Of a DNA stretch of 64,000 nucleotides, positions 1 through 8,358 are shown piece after piece. A program made the translations under genes and the position numbers. Each line of letters starts with the position of its first letter. Position 1 is the stretch's first letter. The notes under the pieces are model-generated. The model was given only the letters and a program-made list of their open reading frames with translations, searched no databases and was not told the DNA's origin. Origin of the DNA: an uncultured virus (IMG/VR IMGVR_UViG_3300029305_011567). Taxonomy: Duplodnaviria; Heunggongvirae; Uroviricota; Caudoviricetes. The DNA lies in IMG/VR virus record IMGVR_UViG_3300029305_011567; one strand, given 5' to 3'.

Positions 1-612
1 ATGGATGGTAGCACATCAACCAGAAGCGCAGAGCTTTTGGAAGTATTATCGCGCGTATCTTATACGCGAGGTGAAAAAGTGGACTGGCATAACACGGATA
101 CGGTTAAATGGGCAACAGAATACCGAGAAGCGGTACTTTGCTTTGTTAATTCCTACGGTGTAAATACAGACGAGTTATTTGGCTGTATGAAAGCTGGTTC
201 AAAATTTTTCATGGAGTTTTGTATTGCTTTTGTTACCTTTATGGGCAGATGCAAGCCGGCAGGCGAAGGAAACTTCATACCGCCCGATGCGCGGTGTATG
301 GCAAGCCAGAATTGTTGCGAACATTTGGTAATGCATATGCTTGAGAAAAAGCCGGATTATATTCATGCAGGTGCATGGAGAGAAATTAATCCGGAAGAAT
401 CACAGGATTGGCGTGATCCAACATGGTCACATGACCTTGCATGGTATGTGGCAGCAGGCGTTGGTAGTAAAGGTCATAAGACTTTACTCCAGACGCTTAC
501 AGGTGTATGTTTAAAGTACCTGTATTGCAGCTGTAAATGGACAAAGCCACTGATTGATAATTGTATCAACAGGAATCTTGTTCCATCAAATCTGAAATTT
601 TTTATGATTTAG
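1..612 (+). CDS. Hypothetical protein, possibly 5'-truncated by the window edge
   Basis: Open frame from position 1 to TAG at 612; no recognisable motif. Confidence 0.6.
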   Translation: MDGSTSTRSAELLEVLSRVSYTRGEKVDWHNTDTVKWATEYREAVLCFVNSYGVNTDELFGCMKAGSKFFMEFCIAFVTFMGRCKPAGEGNFIPPDARCMASQNCCEHLVMHMLEKKPDYIHAGAWREINPEESQDWRDPTWSHDLAWYVAAGVGSKGHKTLLQTLTGVCLKYLYCSCKWTKPLIDNCINRNLVPSNLKFFMI

Positions 613-649
613 AGAAAGGGCGGTAAGTTACCGCGAGAGGTAAAAGAGT

Positions 650-1090
650 ATGAACAAAGTTATTCTTATGGGACGTTTAACCAGAGATCCGGAGGTAAGA
701 TATTCTCAGGGTGAAAATGCAATGGCAATCGCAAGATATACACTTGCAGTGGATCGCAGATATAACCGCAATGAGGAGAATACGGCAGATTTTATCAACG
801 GTGTTTCTTTCGGAAAAACAGCTGAATTTGCAGAGAAGTATTACCATAAGGGAACCAAGATTGCCATTACCGGCCGTATCCAGACTGGTAGTTATACCAA
901 TAAGGACGGGGTAAAGGTATATACGACTGAGGTTGTTGTAGAGGAGCAGGAATTTGCGGAAAGTAAAAATGCTTCTCAGGGTGGAACAACTGGTAATGCG
1001 CAGGCAACCAGAACGGCTGCACCGACAACGGGCAGTGATGGTTTCATGAACATTCCAGATGGAATCGACGAGGAACTTCCCTTTAACTAA
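650..1090 (+). CDS. ssb: Single-stranded DNA-binding protein
   Basis: MNKVILMGRLTRDPE OB-fold start and acidic C-terminal tail DEELPFN; RBS GAGG. Confidence 0.97.
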   Translation: MNKVILMGRLTRDPEVRYSQGENAMAIARYTLAVDRRYNRNEENTADFINGVSFGKTAEFAEKYYHKGTKIAITGRIQTGSYTNKDGVKVYTTEVVVEEQEFAESKNASQGGTTGNAQATRTAAPTTGSDGFMNIPDGIDEELPFN

Positions 1091-1140
1091 ACAAGGGACT
1101 GCTCTAAAAATGGAAAATTGAATATGGAGTGAAAGGCATG

Positions 1141-1175
1141 ATAGCAGACGCAGAATAAGCGGTCTGCTATTTTTT
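1141..1175 (+). terminator. Probable intrinsic terminator after ssb
   Basis: ATAGCAGAC...GTCTGCTAT stem followed by a T run. Confidence 0.75.
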
Positions 1176-1220
1176 GTGCCTAAAAGTATGAAAATGATTG
1201 ATTAAAAGGAGGGTACCATT

Positions 1221-2144
1221 ATGATGAGTACAACATTTTGCGAAGCAGTAGTAAACGAGGTAAGAGCTATTTTAGGTGAGGGCTATACCGTAGTGTATGG
1301 AGAAGTTCCTAAAAACAACTGTGTTCTTTCCGGAATTTCTATTATAAGAGAAGGGGAGTCGGTTTCACCTACCATTTATCTTGAAAGCTTTCATGAGAAT
1401 GATAATGTAGTCCATGTAGCGAATAAAGTGATTAAGGTGTATAGAGCAAACGTAGATAGTCCGGAAGCAGTCGAAGCGCGTAAGGCAGCAGATGCACTTA
1501 ACCATCTGAACAGCTGGCAGTATGTCAAGGATAAACTGCGTGTCCGTCTGTTTAACAGAAAGACCAATGATAAGTTCTTTGAAAACCTTGTGTGCAGAGA
1601 GTGGCTTGACCTTATGGCAGTTTTGTATATCCAGCTTAATATTGGAACTGCCAATGTGAATACCGTTCTTTTCAGCAAATGGAATGTTTCCGAAGAGGAA
1701 GTATTTGCGGTTGCGTATGAAAACATGAAAAATGATTGCGAGATTGCGGATATGTCTGATCCGTACGCACTGCTTTGTGGTGACGAGGAAGCGCTTGAAA
1801 CATTTTCTCTTTTCGATGCGAATGTGGAATTGCCAACAAAACCTGGTATGTACGCACTTTCAAATAAGAAAAAAAATTTCGGGGCGGGCTGTATTTTACT
1901 GCCGGATGCCTTGCACCGGTTTGGTAGAGGAAAAGATGTGGTTATTTTACCGTCCAGTGTGCATGAGTGTCTGTTGTTCCGCGCAGATGATGTCCAGAAT
2001 GGAGCCTTGGGCGATATGAGTTATTCTGACTTAAGTGAAATGATTACGGCCATCAATGCGACAAAGGTTGCTCCGAAAGATATTTTGTCTGACCACCCGT
2101 ATTTGTATGTGGCGGCTGAAGGCAAAATCATGTGTGTATCGTAA
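1221..2144 (+). CDS. DUF5688-like protein
   Basis: KNN..L.GI, SPTIYL, FGAGCIL, ILPSSVHE and LSDHPYLY motifs recalled for this Lachnospiraceae ICE family. Confidence 0.8.
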   Translation: MMSTTFCEAVVNEVRAILGEGYTVVYGEVPKNNCVLSGISIIREGESVSPTIYLESFHENDNVVHVANKVIKVYRANVDSPEAVEARKAADALNHLNSWQYVKDKLRVRLFNRKTNDKFFENLVCREWLDLMAVLYIQLNIGTANVNTVLFSKWNVSEEEVFAVAYENMKNDCEIADMSDPYALLCGDEEALETFSLFDANVELPTKPGMYALSNKKKNFGAGCILLPDALHRFGRGKDVVILPSSVHECLLFRADDVQNGALGDMSYSDLSEMITAINATKVAPKDILSDHPYLYVAAEGKIMCVS

Positions 2145-2199
2145 AAAATTTGTAGCGGGTAGGAAACTGCCCGCTACAACAATGAAGAGAGGTGTAACA

Positions 2200-2604
2200 A
2201 TGAGTAAAAGAGCTTGTTTACTTACAAAAGACGATGTTCCTGTGTATATAAGGGCTATTGTTAAGAGAATGCGTCCTACTCTTATGGAGTATAAGGATGA
2301 TACCGGTGACTGGTGGGGATATACGTTCCGTCTGGATGCAAAGTGGAAATGTGGTTATGAATCACAGTTAAGAAATGATGTGGAGAAATTGCTGAAATGG
2401 TGTGAAAGCTGGTATGCTCATGCAGTTTTGATTCGCATTGTGTGGTGGTATGAGGCGGTGCCTACTACTACTGAACACGAGTGGCGTGGAACTCGCTGGC
2501 ATAAACGTAAAGCGTTACGTGAGGGCTTTAGAAATCATGCATATCTGGCAATATCTGATCCGGTGGCACAGCGTTTTGAAAAGGATGGATTTTACAGAAC
2601 TTGA
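2200..2604 (+). CDS. Hypothetical protein
   Basis: RBS GAGGTG before ATG 2200; follows a hairpin at ~2150-2180. Confidence 0.7.
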   Translation: MSKRACLLTKDDVPVYIRAIVKRMRPTLMEYKDDTGDWWGYTFRLDAKWKCGYESQLRNDVEKLLKWCESWYAHAVLIRIVWWYEAVPTTTEHEWRGTRWHKRKALREGFRNHAYLAISDPVAQRFEKDGFYRT

Positions 2605-2764
2605 AAATGTATGTGAATTTGGGAAAAGGAGGAATTTGTATGTTTAAGTATATGAAGAATGAGGTTGTTGTAGACACAGTAAAGGGTATTGCACATCTGA
2701 TCCTTGCCGTTGTAATTACAATGGCGATGGTGTAAGACGTGTAATAAAAAATGGAGGTGATTGT

Positions 2765-3061
2765 ATGTCACGGAATACGGACCGCTATGATTGGATTGTC
2801 GGAATTAGCAGTTCTGAGGTAAATGGTGTCCGAATCCTTCGGTTTCGCGGAAGCATAGAGGAAATGAAAGCCAAGCTGCTTAGTCTGATTGAAGCAGATA
2901 GAAACAGAGATAGCGATAACTGGGAACATGGTAGTGAGAACATCGAGGAGATTGATGACTTATCGAATGGTCTTGGTTATGAGCTGTATGGCTATGGAAA
3001 CTACGTGGACTATCATATTGATTATATGGCTAAGGAATTAGCTCATGTAGCAATGATTTAG
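2765..3061 (+). CDS. Hypothetical protein
   Basis: RBS GGAGGTG; 98 aa. Confidence 0.75.
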   Translation: MSRNTDRYDWIVGISSSEVNGVRILRFRGSIEEMKAKLLSLIEADRNRDSDNWEHGSENIEEIDDLSNGLGYELYGYGNYVDYHIDYMAKELAHVAMI

Positions 3062-3092
3062 CATGTATTCAGGGACAGAAGGAGGAATGAGC

Positions 3093-3347
3093 ATGGGACA
3101 GATGCGCTATAACAAAGAAGCCTATGTTGGCAAAAAGATTCAGTTATACCCCGAAGATACTTATGCTAAGTGGGGTGAAATACTGGATGTGGATGATTTG
3201 GGCTGGACGATAAAGATTACGGATGTGAAAGTATGGAAAGGTGACCATTACTACGATATCGGTGATATTGTATTTATTTCCCATACCACGCCGTTTTCGT
3301 TTAAGTTTGGCACAAAAAAGAAGGAGGTGCTTGGGTATGAAGTATGA
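3093..3347 (+). CDS. Hypothetical small beta-rich protein
   Basis: RBS AAGGAGG; overlaps the next gene. Confidence 0.65.
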   Translation: MGQMRYNKEAYVGKKIQLYPEDTYAKWGEILDVDDLGWTIKITDVKVWKGDHYYDIGDIVFISHTTPFSFKFGTKKKEVLGYEV

Positions 3348-3960
3348 GTTGATGGAAGTCAAGCATATTGACATGTATCACTTCCAGATGTATGAAGGAA
3401 AGTTTCGCGCCTTGGAACAGACAGAAAATGGACATGATGAAACGTTCATTTATGCAAATGTTTCAAACTATGATTCCCGTACTTTTGAAGAGAGTGCGGT
3501 TCGGATTTATGCGCACTCATATGAGAACTTATACTCCGCGGAAGATTATGAACTTGTGAACTTATATAGCGATGAGTTATGTGAGTATCTAAAGGCAGTG
3601 ATCTTGGAAAATATCGGTAACAAACCGCTTGCCGAAAAGCGTATGCTTACCATTAACGAGGAGTGTTTGGAGAGTATGCCACTAATGGAAAACCTGCTTA
3701 CCGTGCCGGATAAAACACCGGAGCAAATTGCTCATGAACTTGTTGAGGTTACGGGTAAGGAGCTGGCAGCAGGCTTAGTGGAATATAATGCTCTGGTGCA
3801 TCAGTTGGCAGAAAATTCTGCCATTGACCTTACAGACACTTCCCAGATTAAGGCGGAAATGAAAAAGGAACTGCCTGCATGGGATGAGGATGACTGGGAA
3901 ATGTTACTTCATCTCGTGCGAGTGGTAAGAAACCGTCAAAGTTCAGACATTCCCCAATAA
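3337..3960 (+). CDS. Hypothetical acidic protein
   Basis: RBS AAGGAGGT before ATG 3337. Confidence 0.7.
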   Translation: MKYELMEVKHIDMYHFQMYEGKFRALEQTENGHDETFIYANVSNYDSRTFEESAVRIYAHSYENLYSAEDYELVNLYSDELCEYLKAVILENIGNKPLAEKRMLTINEECLESMPLMENLLTVPDKTPEQIAHELVEVTGKELAAGLVEYNALVHQLAENSAIDLTDTSQIKAEMKKELPAWDEDDWEMLLHLVRVVRNRQSSDIPQ

Positions 3961-4220
3961 GCCGGGTTTTGGGTAAGGGTGGTATATACCCCAAATAAAA
4001 TCCGGCATATTAGCGTGAAATCGTTGAGTTGCGTACTCTGAGTAATTCTGTATGTACCTATAAAGCGTAGGATTCTATATGAATGGAACGTGGGATAACT
4101 CACAGACAGCGTGTGCTGTGCGGTATTTAGTGTTACATGGTGTAGGCAATGAGAAAGTAGCATGGGAAGCCAGCCGGGTTGCCCTTTTCAATTTATTACA
4201 AATTGGAAAGGGTGAATGGT

Positions 4221-4985
4221 ATGAAAAGACGGAGGCATGTATTATCCATATCGTTTGGTAAAGATTCACTTGCTATGCTGCTATATGTACTGGAGAATGG
4301 ATTGCCTTTGGATGAGGTGGTCTTTTTTAATACCAGTATGGAGTTTGAGTGTATCTACCGTATCCGCGACCGCGTGATAATCATGCTTAGGGAACGTGGA
4401 ATACCGTTTCGTGAGATTATGATTGACAAGCCTTTTACATGGTATATGTTTGAAAAGGAAGTTAAGGAAAGAGATACGGGTGCCATTCATTATGGATATT
4501 CGTGGTGTGGCGGCAGTTGCCGATGGTGCACCACATTAAAACTGAATGCTTTGGAAAAGTATTGTTGTGGCTGTATTGAGTATGTGGGGCTGGCAGCAGA
4601 TGAAACGGAACGAATTGAAAAAGAACGTAACGGCTTTAAGGAGTTTCCGCTTGCAGACGCAGGGATGACCGAAAAGGACTGCTTAAAATATTGCCATGAC
4701 AGAGGATTTTACTGGATGGAAGAAGGAATAGAACTCTATGATATTCTGGACCGTGTTTCCTGTTTTTGTTGCGCAAACAAAAACCTAAAGGAACTGAAAA
4801 ATATCTGGTATTACCTTCCGAAGTATTGGGAACGCCTGAAAGAGTTGCAGGCAAAAACAACGTGGCCAATGAAAGGTGAAAGCGGCTCGGTATTTGAGCT
4901 GGAGAAGAGATTTATGCGTGAAGGACATCAGGTAAATCTCTATGACGTAGCCACAACATTTGGCATCACAATGAGTGTATGTTAA
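4221..4985 (+). CDS. PAPS-reductase-like (PP-loop/adenine nucleotide alpha-hydrolase) protein, copy 1
   Basis: SISFGKDS PP-loop, CRWCT..LK, and R.SCFCC Cys motif. Confidence 0.88.
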   Translation: MKRRRHVLSISFGKDSLAMLLYVLENGLPLDEVVFFNTSMEFECIYRIRDRVIIMLRERGIPFREIMIDKPFTWYMFEKEVKERDTGAIHYGYSWCGGSCRWCTTLKLNALEKYCCGCIEYVGLAADETERIEKERNGFKEFPLADAGMTEKDCLKYCHDRGFYWMEEGIELYDILDRVSCFCCANKNLKELKNIWYYLPKYWERLKELQAKTTWPMKGESGSVFELEKRFMREGHQVNLYDVATTFGITMSVC

Positions 4986-5087
4986 GCACGCCGATATGTA
5001 GTGTGTTAAAATACAACTGGTGGCATATGGTGTGTCTTGACGTGTTTTGTTAGTAACATTATAATAAATTTAGAAGGAGTGATTACT

Positions 5088-5456
5088 ATGTTGGATAAAG
5101 AATCTTTACAAGCAATAGAGACTCTAATGGAGTCCGTTATGGATAAAAAACTAAATTCTGCGTTGAAACCGATTAAAAAAGATATTGGTGAGTTGAAAAG
5201 TGACGTGTCAGGTCTGAAAAGTGACGTGTCAAGTCTGAAAAGTGACGTGTCAGATATGAAAGTCAGAGTCAAGAAGATTGAGTTGACGCAGGAGAATGTA
5301 ATTATTCCTTGCTTGAACGACCTTGCCAGTGCTTACAAAGATACATATGAGAGGTATCAGAAAGATGCCGACCGGTTTGAGGATGCATTGGATAGGATTG
5401 ATAATCTTGAAAAGGTTGTGGAAGAACATAGTGAGCTATTAAAGAAAATTTCATAA
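5088..5456 (+). CDS. Coiled-coil protein with heptad repeats
   Basis: LKSDVS(G/S) heptads encoded by 21-bp repeats at ~5194-5252; RBS AAGGAG. Confidence 0.75.
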   Translation: MLDKESLQAIETLMESVMDKKLNSALKPIKKDIGELKSDVSGLKSDVSSLKSDVSDMKVRVKKIELTQENVIIPCLNDLASAYKDTYERYQKDADRFEDALDRIDNLEKVVEEHSELLKKIS

Positions 5457-5462
5457 ACTAGT

Positions 5463-5500
5463 TAAGAAGGTGTAAGTATTGCTTACACCTTCTTATTTTT
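5463..5500 (+). terminator. Probable intrinsic terminator
   Basis: TAAGAAGGTGTAAG...CTTACACCTTCTTA stem then T run. Confidence 0.75.
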
Positions 5501-5519
5501 AAGCAGGAGGTATAATAAG

Positions 5520-5918
5520 ATGGTATATAAAGATATTGACAGCATCTACGATAAAGTAGTGGCAGATTATGAGAATGATGATGTGGAACTCAACGGTGCG
5601 CACTTTGACCTTGAAGTGGAAAATATTAAGGGGATTGAACTGCTTGGGTTGTACGCAGAGATTCAGCTTGTATTAAACGGCGATCATGTTGTCCGTATTG
5701 AAAATCCGGTTGCGATACAGAATGCTAAGGGCTATACGGAAATTACCGGTGGTAAGCTGGTAGAGCTGGATAACGGCACGCTTAATGAAGCGTATACCGG
5801 AAATATGAGGACGTTTTTACGTTCTCTTGAAGATACAGGCGTGTATCGGTTTACGGAACTCATGGCGACGGATGAGGATGTGGTCTTTGGCGGTGAACCA
5901 TTATGCTTTATATCATAG
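5520..5918 (+). CDS. Hypothetical protein
   Basis: RBS AGGAGG; 132 aa. Confidence 0.7.
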   Translation: MVYKDIDSIYDKVVADYENDDVELNGAHFDLEVENIKGIELLGLYAEIQLVLNGDHVVRIENPVAIQNAKGYTEITGGKLVELDNGTLNEAYTGNMRTFLRSLEDTGVYRFTELMATDEDVVFGGEPLCFIS

Positions 5919-5978
5919 GCAGGAATGCGTGTGGTTGACTGGTGCCGGAATGGATATATAATAAAAGGAGGAAAGCCT

Positions 5979-6410
5979 ATGGATAGGGTATTTGATAGTT
6001 ACATAGAAATGGAAAAAGCGCATCAGGAGGATGTGAATAAGTTTCCGATTGTATGGATGTTTGGTACAAAATCAGATGAGGAGCTTAATGAGCGTTTATC
6101 TCAGATAGGTGCCAAGCATATCCATGAGTGCGTTGGTATCCCCGGAGGCGGTGTGATCCGTAAGGCAGATGCAAAGAGCTTGCTGGAAATGCTTAATAAG
6201 CATGAACGTGAGCGCAAGGCGTTTGCTAAAGCAGAAAAAAATCTGTATGATATGATTCTTACGGAAATGAAGAATCATGAGTATGGCTACACCTTAGAGC
6301 CGGAGGATACTCTTTTAGCCCTTGGAAAGACCAAGGATGATTTAACAGGGGATTCGGCATTTGGCAAGGCTTGGAAGAAAGCAGAAAAGGCTTGTTTGCC
6401 GGTATCTTGA
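5979..6410 (+). CDS. Hypothetical protein (phage/ICE-type)
   Basis: RBS AAGGAGG; conserved-looking EM.NHEYGYT motif. Confidence 0.7.
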   Translation: MDRVFDSYIEMEKAHQEDVNKFPIVWMFGTKSDEELNERLSQIGAKHIHECVGIPGGGVIRKADAKSLLEMLNKHERERKAFAKAEKNLYDMILTEMKNHEYGYTLEPEDTLLALGKTKDDLTGDSAFGKAWKKAEKACLPVS

Positions 6411-6488
6411 CGGTTATATTTGCGTAAAGTAAAATAGAATCAGATGGAATAGTTTGCTTTGTTATGTAGCAGGAGAAGGAGGGATTGT

Positions 6489-6995
6489 ATGGATGCATAT
6501 AGAATCGTGGATATGAGTAATACGATGATTGAGCACTCTTTCATTATCAATAACTTTGTTATAAAAATAGGCAGTCAGATTAAAGACAGCTTATGCCGTG
6601 TTTTTGGTGATAGTGTTCAATATCAGTGGAGAGAAAATGACGACAAGTATGTGATTCCGGATGTTACTATTAACTGCAACACAAGGGATAGAAAGAATGT
6701 CGCATTTACGGGTGTACCACGTTTCGTTATGGAAGTGCTTTCGGATTCTACGGAACAGTATGACCGGAACGAAAAAATGGAGCTGTATCGAAAAGTCGGC
6801 GTTTCCGAATATTGGATTGTCGATTGGAAAAAAAGATGTGTGGAGATTTACCTGTTTGATGGACTGGAAAACGGTACTACGTATGGGTACTTGTATAAAA
6901 CCGTTACGGAAGTAAACAAAGAGGAATTACAAATCGTCATGTTTCCGAATTTAAAAATTACTTTCGAGGAACTGTTTCAGTTAGAAGAATTTTAA
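6489..6995 (+). CDS. Uma2-family putative endonuclease
   Basis: PDVTI, P.FVMEVLS.ST..YD..EK..LY...GVSEYWIVD motifs. Confidence 0.88.
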   Translation: MDAYRIVDMSNTMIEHSFIINNFVIKIGSQIKDSLCRVFGDSVQYQWRENDDKYVIPDVTINCNTRDRKNVAFTGVPRFVMEVLSDSTEQYDRNEKMELYRKVGVSEYWIVDWKKRCVEIYLFDGLENGTTYGYLYKTVTEVNKEELQIVMFPNLKITFEELFQLEEF

Positions 6996-7015
6996 CAGGG
7001 GATTTCCTTACATGT

Positions 7016-7060
7016 AAAATAGACCGAGTATCAGATTGATGGTACTCGGTCTATTTTTTT
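7016..7060 (+). terminator. Intrinsic terminator (possibly bidirectional)
   Basis: AAAATAGACCGAGTA...TACTCGGTCTATTTTTTT. Confidence 0.85.
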
Positions 7061-7071
7061 GTTTTTTTTCT

Positions 7072-7111
7072 TTTTTTATGTTGAATGTGAACCTTGAACC
7101 GACCAACAATG
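7072..7111 (+). promoter_or_regulatory. 40-bp upstream motif, copy 1 (adhesin operon)
   Basis: Identical to 51743-51782; contains TGAACC-TTGAACC tandem. Confidence 0.75.
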
Positions 7112-7141
7112 ATTATAGAATAGTTTTTTTGGGAGGTTTTT

Positions 7142-8347
7142 ATGGGTAACGAAAGAGTGATTAACATTTTGATGGCGATTGAAGCCGGAGAGGATACAAA
7201 GAGAAAAAATGAAGTGATTGCAGCGGCGCTGCGCAAATTAAAGGATGTACGCGTAAATAAGGTAGACGTATGCCTTGAGCGTGATGAAATCCAAAGAAAG
7301 ATTGAAGAACGTATCTATGACGTATTTATCTGTACGGAAATATTACGTGGGGAAACCCTCGGTGGTGGTTCGATTAAGCGCTGGAAAACGGTTCATCCGC
7401 ATTTACAGGTTATCTTGTTGGTTGATCCGAACAAGCGGAGTGCAAAAAAGCTGGCAAGGCTTTTTAGTGAACATGAGTATTATGATGCGCTATATCAGGA
7501 TAGCTCCGTTACCATTCAGAGCTTCCATGACTTAATCGTGCATCCACGTACCAGAGAAGAAGCATTTGAGTATTATGGACTCCGTGAATATATGGAACAA
7601 AGTGAAGCACAGCAGGCGGCAGCAGGTATGACATATCAGCAGATGCCACAGACACCGCCTATGTCTGAGACGGAACCGATGTTTGAGGTACCGCCCATGT
7701 CAAATGGCGGATATGTACCGCCACAGCAGATGAACGTAGCGCCACAGCAGGGTATGAGTTTTGCGGATATGGCAAAAGAAGCACCTACTGAGCCGATGTA
7801 TTCCCAGAACTTGTTTATGGAACAGCCACCCGTGGCACCGCCACCGATGCAGCCGACTTACCAGACTCCACCGCCTGTTATGCCACAGACTCCGCCTATG
7901 ACACCACCGCCCATGCCGGTACCGCCAAAGGCAGAAAACGCACCGATACCGGATGTGGTAGAACAGATTCGGATGTTTGAAAACCAGCTGATGAATGAGG
8001 AAGCCCCCGTGATTGATGAAGCATTCAGCCAAAACATGGGCGCACCCGTTTCAAACAGCTGGATAGAAGAACCGGTAACGGAAGAACCAAAAGAACCGCC
8101 TATGGCAGATGCGTTTTCCGATTCTTATTTTGAGGAAGAAAATACACAGGCAGAGGTTATGGAAGAAGCCGGTGAGCAGACAGAAAATGCGGCACTTGCA
8201 ACGAACATGGCAAAAAGCGCGATTACCGCTGTACGCGGAAGGGTAGCCACTGTCATTAACGATAACACATTGATTTTAGACCACCCGGACGGTGGATGTT
8301 TGAAAATCGCACCAAACACAAAGGTAATTCTTCTGATTGAAGAATAA
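7142..8347 (+). CDS. Receiver-like N-terminal domain plus Pro/Gln/Met-rich linker protein
   Basis: Alternating beta/alpha N-terminal ~145 aa ending LIVHPRTREEAFEYYGL, shared with 60879-61979. Confidence 0.7.
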   Translation: MGNERVINILMAIEAGEDTKRKNEVIAAALRKLKDVRVNKVDVCLERDEIQRKIEERIYDVFICTEILRGETLGGGSIKRWKTVHPHLQVILLVDPNKRSAKKLARLFSEHEYYDALYQDSSVTIQSFHDLIVHPRTREEAFEYYGLREYMEQSEAQQAAAGMTYQQMPQTPPMSETEPMFEVPPMSNGGYVPPQQMNVAPQQGMSFADMAKEAPTEPMYSQNLFMEQPPVAPPPMQPTYQTPPPVMPQTPPMTPPPMPVPPKAENAPIPDVVEQIRMFENQLMNEEAPVIDEAFSQNMGAPVSNSWIEEPVTEEPKEPPMADAFSDSYFEEENTQAEVMEEAGEQTENAALATNMAKSAITAVRGRVATVINDNTLILDHPDGGCLKIAPNTKVILLIEE

Positions 8348-8358
8348 CGGAGGAAACC

